DNA of 64,000 bases from a virus, in IMG/VR virus record IMGVR_UViG_3300023179_000085, positions 9,441-73,440 of that record; one strand, given 5' to 3'. Of the stretch, positions 11,526 through 20,585 are shown one piece after another (the first letter of the stretch is position 1; every line of letters starts with the position of its first letter). The notes under the pieces are model-generated. The model searched no databases. It was not told the origin of the DNA and saw only the letters and a program-made list of their open reading frames with translations. The position numbers and the translations under genes are program-made.

Positions 11526-12015
11526 ATGAGCGCTAATAAGACACCAGAGCCTGGTAAAGGTAGTAAAAGAAAAGCCGCTAAACCAACCATAGCAGCACGG
11601 AACAGCAAAAGCAACCGCTAATACAACTATTACCAATGCGGGTTTTACTGTAGGTAACGTAACCGCAGAATCAACCGCAGTTTCTGGAAATCTTGATAAG
11701 GTTAAAAACGCCGTAACCGATACAACAGTGACTCCATTGGGTACACCAATCAATTACACTATTCATAGCCCCTTCTTCCCACCATATTTTCCACCATATT
11801 TCCCGCCGTTCTTTCCGCCATTCTTTCCGCCGTTTTTCCCACCGTTTTTCCCACCGTTTTTCCCACCATTCTTCCCACCGTTTTTCCCACCGTTCTTCCC
11901 ACCGTTTTTCCCACCGTTCTTCCCACCATATTTCCCACCATGCTTTGGCGTCTTTTTCTATGGTCCTGAAGTACGTGACAGTTGTGGCAACTTCTTGGGT
12001 TGGAATAATACATAA
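11526..12015 (+). CDS. PASTA-like domain + (PPFF)n repeat protein (~162 aa) rebuilt across a CGG +1 site at 11598
   Basis: ATG 11526 follows the previous stop; GCA GCA CGG reaches a stop in frame 0. Skipping C11598 gives PTIAAGTAKATANTTITNAGFTVGNVT...TPLGTPINYTI (PASTA-like pattern), continuing into 11728..12015. Confidence 0.7.
11770..11946 (+). repeat. 12-nt tandem repeat encoding 14 x PP[F/Y/C]F
   Basis: CCACCGTTTTTC-type units from 11779 to 11946, with synonymous variation. Confidence 0.95.
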
Positions 12016-12040
12016 TTCTTTAAAATAAAATGGATTACAT

Positions 12041-12886
12041 ATAAATAATAAAACTATCTATGTTTTACATGTTCCAAAATGTGGAGGAACAACAGTATCC
12101 ATTAATTTAAAAAAATGTATTAGCGAATATGACACTCTGGCATTTTATGGTCAAACTATATTTGATAAAAAAATTGATTTAAATGAATATAAAATAATAC
12201 AAGGTCATTTTGGCAATTATCCAATTTTAAAAGTAAAAAATGTAGATACTGTTTTTTTAGCAAGAAATCCAGTAGATAGAAGCATAAGCAATTTTGCTTA
12301 CCTGGCTACTAATAAAGTTTTTGAAACCATAGACGCCTATACAAAACTTGATTCAATTCAAAAAAAGATAAAGTACTATCTTTTTGAAGACATTTTTTAT
12401 GCAGAACACAGAAATTTGCAGTCAAGACATCTTTGTAATGGTATACCAGATTATATCTTTAATTACAAATATAATCATACTTGTATGAATTTAAATGAAA
12501 AACTAATGATTAAAGATCATAAAAACGAAATGAATTATCTTAATAAAAGTCAAAATTGGTATATACCAAATGATGACACAAGTTGGACAAAAGCTAAAGA
12601 CCAAATAGATAAATTAAAAATTATAGGAGTTGTAGATAAAGTTTACCAATTTACAGAGGACGTTATTAGTCTATTTAAAAAAAATAATCCAAATACCATT
12701 TTTAATGACATAAGAGATGACATTAAAAAAAATATTAAATATAATAAATCTAGTGTGAAAATAAATGATAATATTTTTACAACAAATGAATTAAAACAAA
12801 TGTTGTCAAAAAAAGATATAAAAAAAATTGAAGAAAATAATCAACTTGATATGCAACTATGGGAATATGTACATTATGTGTTATAA
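12041..12886 (+). CDS. Sulfotransferase family protein (~281 aa; apparent non-canonical ATA start)
   Basis: Frame is open from 12029. LHVPKCGGTT (5'-PSB) and FLARNPVDRSISNF (3'-PB) motifs lie upstream of the called ORF 12416; C-terminal NQLDMQLWE. Confidence 0.75.
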   Translation: MNNKTIYVLHVPKCGGTTVSINLKKCISEYDTLAFYGQTIFDKKIDLNEYKIIQGHFGNYPILKVKNVDTVFLARNPVDRSISNFAYLATNKVFETIDAYTKLDSIQKKIKYYLFEDIFYAEHRNLQSRHLCNGIPDYIFNYKYNHTCMNLNEKLMIKDHKNEMNYLNKSQNWYIPNDDTSWTKAKDQIDKLKIIGVVDKVYQFTEDVISLFKKNNPNTIFNDIRDDIKKNIKYNKSSVKINDNIFTTNELKQMLSKKDIKKIEENNQLDMQLWEYVHYVL

Positions 12887-12887
12887 T
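12879..12887 (+). promoter_or_regulatory. Extended -10 promoter (TGTTATAAT)
   Basis: Upstream of the AAGGA RBS and ATG 12919. Confidence 0.45.
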
Positions 12888-12918
12888 GGATAAATAGTAC
12901 ACAATATAAGGATTTAAA

Positions 12919-13353
12919 ATGTCAAACTACAAATTATTTGCTTTTTGCGCAGAACAAAAAGTTTTCTTTGTGCACAAAATTTCTGATGATCAGCCCTCAT
13001 TTGAATCAACATGTGATTCCTATTCTAGAAATCCAATATTCATAGAATGCACCGATCTCCCAGAAGCTTCTATGATAACAAAAAACTGGAAATTTGACGG
13101 ACAGAATTTTTTTCCACCTAATAATAATACTAATTTGTGTGAAGCAAAAGATATAGGAAACAACTACAAGTATGCCCTCACTTCAGATGGCATTGTAACT
13201 TCTTGGATTATGTTTCCAAAAGATGAACCAGATTCATTGATGTTTTTAGAAAATTTAAAAAAGAATCCAGTTATTATTGATGTAACAAATCTAGAAAATC
13301 CTCCCAAAAAAAACTGGACATTTGACGGACAGAATTTTTTTCCACCAAATTAA
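12919..13353 (+). CDS. Hypothetical protein made of two tandem domains ending KNWxFDGQNFFPPN
   Basis: Internal duplication visible in protein and DNA (about 13081-13120 vs 13310-13350). Confidence 0.65.
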   Translation: MSNYKLFAFCAEQKVFFVHKISDDQPSFESTCDSYSRNPIFIECTDLPEASMITKNWKFDGQNFFPPNNNTNLCEAKDIGNNYKYALTSDGIVTSWIMFPKDEPDSLMFLENLKKNPVIIDVTNLENPPKKNWTFDGQNFFPPN

Positions 13354-13357
13354 AAGT

Positions 13358-13978
13358 CTATAACAATTCCGTTATCGTATAAAAAGATGGTGTAGTAAAT
13401 CTTTCTCCTTTGGTAACCATTTTTACTCCGTGAAGATAATTTACATCTCCCGGATGAGCTACAGCCAGTCCTGGTTTTGGTTTTACGACTATATCATGTT
13501 GTGGATAATATAATTCGCCACCTTCAAAGTCGTCATTGTAATAAAGAAGTGAATTTAAATCATAAGTTGGAAACGGATTCGGAGATCCGTCATTTAACTG
13601 TTTATCGGCGTGTGGTCGTTGCTCTAAGCCGGGAAACCATCTAATTATGACTGGGGGTCTAACAGTTAAGCGAACTTTAAATTGATTTTCTAAAAACCAC
13701 TGCATTTTTATAATATATTTATCAATTAGATTATAGATATCAAGATTTATCCTCGATAAAATATCGTAACTACATTGTCTATTCTGCCAATAAGACGAAT
13801 CGTAGATACATGTGCCGTCTTCAGCGTATTGGTTTTCCCCAGCATCCATCCACTCATTTATTGTGGGAAGAAATTTCTGTATTGTTTTTAGATCATCTAA
13901 TTCAATAAAATTTTTTATTATTTTAATATTATTAGACGAATTTCCAAAATGTCCTGGAAGGACTAATGATTTTTCCAT
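13358..13978 (-). CDS. 2OG-Fe(II) oxygenase (prolyl-4-hydroxylase-like)
   Basis: HAD...YYNDDFEGGELYYP...HGVKMVTKGERFT; AAAGGA RBS before ATG 13978. Confidence 0.85.
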   Translation of the reverse strand: MEKSLVLPGHFGNSSNNIKIIKNFIELDDLKTIQKFLPTINEWMDAGENQYAEDGTCIYDSSYWQNRQCSYDILSRINLDIYNLIDKYIIKMQWFLENQFKVRLTVRPPVIIRWFPGLEQRPHADKQLNDGSPNPFPTYDLNSLLYYNDDFEGGELYYPQHDIVVKPKPGLAVAHPGDVNYLHGVKMVTKGERFTTPSFYTITELL

Positions 13979-14042
13979 ATTTATTCCTTTAGTGATCAAA
14001 AGTATTTATTCTACTCGATGCTTTGATTTCTTTGTATGTAAG

Positions 14043-14051
14043 TGGTATATT
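14043..14051 (+). promoter_or_regulatory. Extended -10-like promoter (TGGTATATT)
   Basis: Divergent intergenic region upstream of the AAGGAG RBS. Confidence 0.35.
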
Positions 14052-14081
14052 ATATCATCTGATTTTTATTAAGGAGTGAAA

Positions 14082-14792
14082 ATGGAATTCTACCATGTTA
14101 GCGATCCAAAGTTTGGCATATTTCTATATAGAAACGCCATAGAAAGGGAACTCAATATTCCTGAAAGATTGGAAGCCACTATTGGAAATAGTACTCACGA
14201 TTTATTTAAATGGTCAGATGCTGTCGTTGGATACAATGTTAAGATGTCAGAGTATAGAGATTGTGTTGATTTAAAAATGAGCCCAATACATTGGCCGTAT
14301 CTTACTCCTGAGTTTGAAGAAGTAAAGAAATGCTACGATGACGTAGATAATAGATTAAAAAAATGTTTGAATCATTATGAATCTATGTACAATTTTAAAA
14401 TGGAATTTATGGAAGCAATTAATTTTGTGCGCTATAAGCCTGGTCAACATTTTGCAGTTCACACTGACCATGGATTTTCTTATACATGTACCGTGTCCTC
14501 AGTAGTGTATCTAAATGATGAATATGAAGGTGGGGAGCTATGGTTTCCATATTTGGATATAACTCTTAAACCACAGGCCGGCGACGTAGTGCTATTTCCT
14601 TCTACCTACATCTATGCGCACGCATCGCTAAAAGTTAAAAGCGGAGTCAAATACTCTGCCGTTACTATGTTTGACTATAACGACAATAACCATAAGTACG
14701 GCATGGGGTACGCGAATGATGGTTCAAAAGCAGACCAAACAAAAGGAATTCCGCAAAAAACTACTCAGCCAAACTACGCAACTCTTTCGTAG
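14082..14792 (+). CDS. 2OG-Fe(II) oxygenase
   Basis: HTD...YLNDEYEGGELWFP...FPSTYIYAH..KY; AAGGAG RBS. Confidence 0.85.
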   Translation: MEFYHVSDPKFGIFLYRNAIERELNIPERLEATIGNSTHDLFKWSDAVVGYNVKMSEYRDCVDLKMSPIHWPYLTPEFEEVKKCYDDVDNRLKKCLNHYESMYNFKMEFMEAINFVRYKPGQHFAVHTDHGFSYTCTVSSVVYLNDEYEGGELWFPYLDITLKPQAGDVVLFPSTYIYAHASLKVKSGVKYSAVTMFDYNDNNHKYGMGYANDGSKADQTKGIPQKTTQPNYATLS

Positions 14793-14837
14793 TATACTGC
14801 GTAGTACGTTTTTGGCGTTAAAAAGTTTCTCATTATA

Positions 14838-14846
14838 TGGTATACT
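14838..14846 (+). promoter_or_regulatory. Extended -10 promoter, probably leaderless for ATG 14853
   Basis: TGGTATACT 6 nt before the ATG, with no SD. Confidence 0.45.
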
Positions 14847-14852
14847 AATATC

Positions 14853-15554
14853 ATGAGCTTAGTTACGTTAACCAAAACACATCAAAATCCGCCATTAATA
14901 AAACAGTCAAGAATAAAAAGAGACTGGATGGACGATACCTATAACAAGCACGCATATCAATGCTTGCCGTTAACTGTGGCAAATGTTACTGGATGGGAAT
15001 TAATTTTGCAGCAAGATGTAGTAGTGCAATGGGATGGTGGAAATACGGTTCCAAAAGTTTTACAAGGAGAGACCCTTGACGGAAGGTCTATAGTTATTCC
15101 AAGTATTATAGGAATAATGTCTTTTTCCACAGGATGGACATTTCAAACAGAAGATAACTATTCTACATGGATTGGTGGATCGCCCAATTATTTTGTCGAT
15201 GGAGCTGTTCCACTTACCGCGTCAATTCCAAGTTATTGGTGGCCAGATGAATTTAATATGAATTGGAAAATAACTAAAGTCGGAGAACCGGTTATCTTCC
15301 CAGCCGGAATGCCTTTTATGCACTTTACTATATATCCAAACAACCTCGCAGAAAACGTAGAATTTAAAATAGAAAATCTATGGGATAAACCAGACTTAAT
15401 GAATCAGAGAATGAGTTACGGTAATGCAAAAATGAAGAAATTACAGGAACAACCTTGGACCTGGATGAAAGGTATAAAAACCGGCTTAAATGAAAAAGGA
15501 GAAAAAATAGGACCTCCATTTGAGGGCTTACCATCATTAAAGGAGCCACAATAG
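14853..15554 (+). CDS. DUF6065-like protein
   Basis: RDWMD..HAYQCLPLTVANVTGWEL, GSPNYFVDGAVPL and FNMNWKIT motifs, recalled for this family. Confidence 0.65.
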   Translation: MSLVTLTKTHQNPPLIKQSRIKRDWMDDTYNKHAYQCLPLTVANVTGWELILQQDVVVQWDGGNTVPKVLQGETLDGRSIVIPSIIGIMSFSTGWTFQTEDNYSTWIGGSPNYFVDGAVPLTASIPSYWWPDEFNMNWKITKVGEPVIFPAGMPFMHFTIYPNNLAENVEFKIENLWDKPDLMNQRMSYGNAKMKKLQEQPWTWMKGIKTGLNEKGEKIGPPFEGLPSLKEPQ

Positions 15555-15850
15555 TGCAAGAGCAATTTGTAGGATCTTGGAAAATTCAAGTATCTTCTCC
15601 CCTGGGTGTTGATTACTATACTTTGGCAATCTCTCCTTCACTTAATGCAATGCTTTCTGAGGCAAGGGGTAGCATGGAGTTTCATGATGTGCAATTTGTT
15701 TCAAATACTTTTCAGTTAATTGGTAAAACAGAAACTCCAACAAAATCTACCATAGTTATGAATGGTAGACTCGAGGATAAGGTAATTTTTGGAACAATTA
15801 AGATAAACGAGTATTGTATGGTCGATTTTAAGGGAATAAAAAATGAATAA
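15554..15850 (+). CDS. Hypothetical small beta-rich protein
   Basis: GTG start overlaps the upstream TAG (TAGTG); GSWKIQVSSPLG. Confidence 0.6.
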   Translation: MQEQFVGSWKIQVSSPLGVDYYTLAISPSLNAMLSEARGSMEFHDVQFVSNTFQLIGKTETPTKSTIVMNGRLEDKVIFGTIKINEYCMVDFKGIKNE

Positions 15851-16460
15851 TGTTTACGATATAGATGTTAAAGGTCTCGATGGACAAGAAAATTTTCTTG
15901 ATCAATTTAAAGGAAAAATTACTTTAATTGTAAATATATCAAGCAAATTTGGGTATAAGCCACAATGCAGTCCGCTGTGGTCATATGTGAGAACCAGTAG
16001 GAATTTATGGGAACTGCAAGCAGTCCATGATGAATTTAAAGACAGGGGATTTTCAGTTGTTGCTTTTCCGTGTAATCAGTTTGGTAAAATGGAACCGGGC
16101 TCAAATGAGGAGATAAGTCAGTTTATAAAAACAAACTATCCATTTGTGAATTTTCCAATAGCTGAAAAAGTTGAAGTAAACGGCAAAAATGAACATGAAG
16201 TTTATTCTTTCCTTAAAGGAAAAGAAAGACGAGCATATTCTGATACAACTGCAGATGGAACGACTGCAGCTGTAGAAGGACAAAATTTAGCTGGTCAAGC
16301 AATAGCAAGAATACCCCATAGTTATGAAAAATTTTTAATCAGTAGAAATGGGGTAGTGATTTCTAGATTCAATTGGCAAGATATGCCCTTGGATGAAGAA
16401 CCAAGGGTTATGGGAGCTGGTTGGACAATAAGAGAAGCAATTGACGAAGTATTGGGGTAA
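15843..16460 (+). CDS. Glutathione peroxidase-like protein (divergent active site)
   Basis: FKGKITLIVNISSK, GFSVVAFPCNQFGKMEPGS, EKVEVNGKNEHEVYSFLK and EKFLI motifs. Confidence 0.8.
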   Translation: MNNVYDIDVKGLDGQENFLDQFKGKITLIVNISSKFGYKPQCSPLWSYVRTSRNLWELQAVHDEFKDRGFSVVAFPCNQFGKMEPGSNEEISQFIKTNYPFVNFPIAEKVEVNGKNEHEVYSFLKGKERRAYSDTTADGTTAAVEGQNLAGQAIARIPHSYEKFLISRNGVVISRFNWQDMPLDEEPRVMGAGWTIREAIDEVLG

Positions 16461-16464
16461 TAAA

Positions 16465-17616
16465 ATGTCTTATGGCAATAGTCCTGTAAACGAACAATTA
16501 GATTATGAAAATCTCCCATCTTTTCCTGTATCTCCTAAGATAACGGAAGAGGTAATAGAGGAAATTGGCAAAATTCAATGCGAGATTCTTGGTCCTGGTG
16601 TTGTTGTTTTTAGAAACGCTTTTAACATAGATCAAAATTTAGTATTAAAATATATTGATGAAAAAGCTGATGAAGCACATCAGGGCAGATGGAAGTATGT
16701 TGAAATAGAGGGCAAAAAATATGGCATAAATGAAGATGGTTTCAGATATGCAATTGACGAAGTGCCAGCAACGCCAGTAAGACTGCTAGATCCCGTCAAC
16801 TCACAAACTCCCGAAGAGATAGCAAATTTCTTTTTTTATCTTGAAGATCAAATTTACAAATGTCTATTAAAGTATATAGACCATTATCCATTGATGATCG
16901 GTAGCATTTGGTGGAAAACTCGAGGACACATTTTAAGATATGGAGATGGGGGCAGATTAGGTTGCCACGCTGATAATGATACTAACTATAAGGTCACAAA
17001 AGGCGTAAGATACATGCCAAAGGGAATGGTTGCATCACGTCAAACCTGTGGCGCCCTAGTGTATTTTAATGATCATGTTGAAACACAGCAAGAGCTAAAT
17101 GGTAAAAACTTTACTGGCGGCAATTTGCGTTTTGTTCACCTTGGTATATCATACAAGCCACAAAAGGGGGATATCATCTTTTTCCCAACAAACTACGTTG
17201 CGTCACATGACGTAGAGTCTATGGGTAAAGGTGTTAGGTATAGTTATCTAACATTTTTTGGGCAAGGAGACAATGACATTAAAGCAGGTATAGTCGTTGT
17301 CGAAGAAAAAAAGAGCAAGAAGTGGTGTCCACCAGTTTGGTTTGACAATATCTATGATGATTATGAACTCTACTGCAAGTCTCCGCATTCTATATATTTT
17401 GATGTTTCAAAATCTAACGTAGAACCTGGTTGGAATCCGGTTTATCAAGGTAGAGAGGTTGCCCAGTACAACACGACTCATGATACCGTTCAAGTCGGTA
17501 CCGCTCCGGATCCAGATATGTCAGAAGTAACTGCAGCAGAAAACGCTAGAAAAAATGCGGCGGAAAAGATCGAAGGCGCCGGTCCGTGCAATACAACGCC
17601 ACAGGAAATTAGCTAG
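16465..17616 (+). CDS. 2OG-Fe(II) oxygenase
   Basis: HAD...FTGGNLRF...GDIIFFPTNYVASHDV..RY. Confidence 0.8.
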   Translation: MSYGNSPVNEQLDYENLPSFPVSPKITEEVIEEIGKIQCEILGPGVVVFRNAFNIDQNLVLKYIDEKADEAHQGRWKYVEIEGKKYGINEDGFRYAIDEVPATPVRLLDPVNSQTPEEIANFFFYLEDQIYKCLLKYIDHYPLMIGSIWWKTRGHILRYGDGGRLGCHADNDTNYKVTKGVRYMPKGMVASRQTCGALVYFNDHVETQQELNGKNFTGGNLRFVHLGISYKPQKGDIIFFPTNYVASHDVESMGKGVRYSYLTFFGQGDNDIKAGIVVVEEKKSKKWCPPVWFDNIYDDYELYCKSPHSIYFDVSKSNVEPGWNPVYQGREVAQYNTTHDTVQVGTAPDPDMSEVTAAENARKNAAEKIEGAGPCNTTPQEIS

Positions 17617-18567
17617 TGAATGGCAATAGTCTTCCAGACCCGATAAATTATCGGAATGGGGATTGTGTGCTTCCCTGGAGCAATAGAAGTCAATCAAGAT
17701 CTGGTAATCCCCTATTTGGCTTCTTTAAAGCAAAAAGCCATAGAAGAAGATTATAATATAGTGAATGAACCAGATGGAAATACTTATGCAATAAATAGAA
17801 GCGGTCATAGATATTCATTAGAGGATATACACATAAATGCTAGTCATATAATGAATTTTATTGACGAAAGTAGCCCCAAAGAATTAATAAACTTTTTTGA
17901 AGAATGCGAAAAAACATTCTATCACTCTCTTTTAAGGTATATAGAAATATTTCCAATGATTCTTCCGAATATCTGGTGGAGAACATTGGGGCACGTTTTA
18001 GCATATGGGCCAAACAGTAGAATGGGAATACACAACGATAATGATGTGAATTACCAGGTGGGTTTTGAGCCCGACTTGCAACTGGCTACAAGAAATGTTG
18101 TTGGTATAATAATATATTTAAATTCTTCTGTATCTTCAAAAGAAGATATAAAAAAGTATGAATACAATAATGGGGAAATTGTTTTTCCTTATGCAAATGT
18201 AGCTTATTCACCTAAAGCTGGAGATGTTTTAATGTTTCCTTCAAATTATTTGGGTACTCACGAAATTAATCCGTGCCAAAATGGCAGTAGGTATGCGTAT
18301 ATAGGGTACTTTGCCCAGGGGTCTTCTCATCCAGAAAGAGGGGTTCATATAACAAGCATGACTCCTCCAATAGGTAAACAGGGTCAGGTTTGGATTAAAA
18401 ATTTACGAGAAGACTATATTGAATATATAAAAAATAAATACAGTATAGATACATTATCGTCTTTAACGGATCCAGATACTCTCGCATTGCTCAGGGGTAC
18501 AATAAGAAGGTATAATAGTTCAGGAACAGAAAAAAACTTACCACACAAAAGGTTGAATAATGATTGA
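17616..18567 (+). CDS. 2OG-Fe(II) oxygenase (~316 aa), probably starting at GTG 17616 and crossing a CGG +1 site at 17652
   Basis: HND...GEIVFP...FPSNYLGTHEI..RY. The GTG overlaps the upstream TAG. AAT TAT C GGA ATG GGG gives INYGMGIVCF, matching the paralogs ILGPGVVVF and HLGGGVVVF. The alternative start is ATG 17656. Confidence 0.75.
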
Positions 18568-19435
18568 TAACAATGTAAAAGCAGAACATTTGGGAGGTGG
18601 AGTAGTTGTATTTCGCTCAGCCTTAGAACTCGATTGGAACTATATCTTAGATTTTGCAAGGAATTCAATTAATAAAGAAAAAAATGAAATGTACAAGCCA
18701 GCTGTCAACCCAGAAACTGGCGAAGAATGCTATATTAATAAAAGCGGATATTTTTTTCGCAAAGATTCAATAGATCAAATGCCAGGAAGAGGATCTGCTA
18801 TTCACAGATATGCTGATGACAAATTCAAGTCAATATTTGATTTTATAGAAGAATCAAAAGATAAATATCTATTAAAATACTTTGAACTATTTCCTTTAGC
18901 TGTTAAGTGTGTTTGGTGGAAAGTTAAAGGTCACATTGTCCAGTATAAAAGTGGAGTTTACCTAGGGTCGCATTCGGACGTCAGCGCAGATTACGTATAT
19001 GGAGTGTGGACGCCAGTCGATCAACTCGCAACAAGAAATACAGTGAGTACCGTTTTTTATTTAAACGACTGTGTTGAAACAGAAGAAGAGTTAAATGACA
19101 GTAATTTTACTGGTGGACATCACTATTTTAACTATTTAGATATAGATTTTAAACCATCAAAAGGTGATATATTATTTTTCCCCTCCAATTATATGGCAGC
19201 GCATGAAGTTAAACCAGTGATTTCTGGAGAAAGATACTCATATTTAGGTTGGTATAGTCACGGTACTCCAAATAAAGAGGTTGGAGAATCCGTAACGGAT
19301 CCAATCAAAGAGTCAGAGATGGCAAAAACTTCTACAAATCTCTACATGCCGACACTGATGGATGATTACAAAAATTTCTTAAAACAAAATGGTTATTCAG
19401 AACATTCAGAACATTTTAGGATTGTGAGATCATAA
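18560..19435 (+). CDS. 2OG-Fe(II) oxygenase
   Basis: HSD...FTGGHHYF...FPSNYMAAHEVKPVISGERY. Confidence 0.85.
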   Translation: MIDNNVKAEHLGGGVVVFRSALELDWNYILDFARNSINKEKNEMYKPAVNPETGEECYINKSGYFFRKDSIDQMPGRGSAIHRYADDKFKSIFDFIEESKDKYLLKYFELFPLAVKCVWWKVKGHIVQYKSGVYLGSHSDVSADYVYGVWTPVDQLATRNTVSTVFYLNDCVETEEELNDSNFTGGHHYFNYLDIDFKPSKGDILFFPSNYMAAHEVKPVISGERYSYLGWYSHGTPNKEVGESVTDPIKESEMAKTSTNLYMPTLMDDYKNFLKQNGYSEHSEHFRIVRS

Positions 19436-20214
19436 TGAAGATGACAGATATTGGTAGTGGTCTATGTTTGGCCGAAAATTTGTTTGATTTTAATCCTCAA
19501 GATATTATTGATTACTTATCATTCCTTAGACAAATGGAACAGGGCACTTTTACTTACATAGAAGAAAATGGTAAAAAATATGCAATAAATAAAACAGGAT
19601 TTAAATTTGATATGGATTCTGTTAATATAGCCCCAGAAAGATTTACCGACCCTCTATGCAAGGGGTTTGACCAGAAGCCAACAGAAGAGCAAAAAAATCT
19701 AGTTGTTTTTCTTGAAGATCTTTTGTATAAAGTACTAGTAGAATATTGCAAAATATACCCCGATGCTGCGACAGTATGCTGGTGGAGATCCGCTGGGCAT
19801 TTTGCAACCTATAGCAATGGCCAAAGAATAGGTCCACACTGCGATGATCAAATCCCGCATGATGATAGTTTTGGCATAACAAATGAATATCCAAAACACG
19901 CTAAGGTAAGCATAAATATTTATCTTAATGACTGTGTAGAAAAGGAAGAGGAGTTAAACGGGACAAATTTTATGGGTGGATGGATAAAGTTCAGACACGC
20001 AAAATACACCCATAAACCCAAAATGGGGACTGCTGTTATTTATCCCGCAAACTTTGTTGGTACTCATGAAGTAACTCCAGTAACCCACGGTATGCGCATA
20101 GCTTATTTGGGATCATTTTTATATGGCACTCCGCAAAATGCGGTCCCCAATGATGGCAGAATATGGATGACTAATTTAAAAAAAGACTCCGGTTTTTACA
20201 CTAGACAGTATTAA
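19435..20214 (+). CDS. 2OG-Fe(II) oxygenase
   Basis: HCD...FMGGWIKF...YPANFVGTHEVTPVTHGMR. Confidence 0.85.
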   Translation: MKMTDIGSGLCLAENLFDFNPQDIIDYLSFLRQMEQGTFTYIEENGKKYAINKTGFKFDMDSVNIAPERFTDPLCKGFDQKPTEEQKNLVVFLEDLLYKVLVEYCKIYPDAATVCWWRSAGHFATYSNGQRIGPHCDDQIPHDDSFGITNEYPKHAKVSINIYLNDCVEKEEELNGTNFMGGWIKFRHAKYTHKPKMGTAVIYPANFVGTHEVTPVTHGMRIAYLGSFLYGTPQNAVPNDGRIWMTNLKKDSGFYTRQY

Positions 20215-20226
20215 ATTAGTTTAAGA

Positions 20227-20235
20227 ATTACTATA
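20227..20235 (+). promoter_or_regulatory. Putative late-promoter motif ATTACTATA immediately before ATG 20241 (leaderless)
   Basis: Motif ends 5 nt before the ATG; no SD. Confidence 0.45.
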
Positions 20236-20240
20236 GAGCC

Positions 20241-20525
20241 ATGCAATATAACACAGGCTTAGAGTACAATAACGCTGGAATCAGCTACATAGGAGCCCTG
20301 GTAATCAAGGTGCCGGGGATCTCTAATCCAATTATTTTAAATAATATAAGAATCTCTTTTGCTGGCTTACAGGATTATTCAAACCTAACAACTGTAGCTG
20401 TTTTAAGTATAGATGTAAATCCTAGCGGAGTTATAACAATTGAAACAGTTAAGGAAAACTTATCAGCTCTTACTTCGGTAGAGGCAATTACAATATATGA
20501 CGGGAATGTTATTGGCTTAGGTTAG
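20241..20525 (+). CDS. Hypothetical (probably virion) protein
   Basis: 94-aa ORF at the start of the structural module. Confidence 0.55.
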   Translation: MQYNTGLEYNNAGISYIGALVIKVPGISNPIILNNIRISFAGLQDYSNLTTVAVLSIDVNPSGVITIETVKENLSALTSVEAITIYDGNVIGLG

Positions 20526-20585
20526 TTCTATAAGCGGTTTTCTAGGGTACTATAAATATTAGTCAAACCAACGGGTGATAATTTT

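Noticed and set aside
11770-11946. CRISPR array or DGR repeat
   Set aside because: These are tandem 12-nt coding units without spacers. There is no cas or reverse transcriptase gene, and no adenine-specific TR/VR pair in the window.
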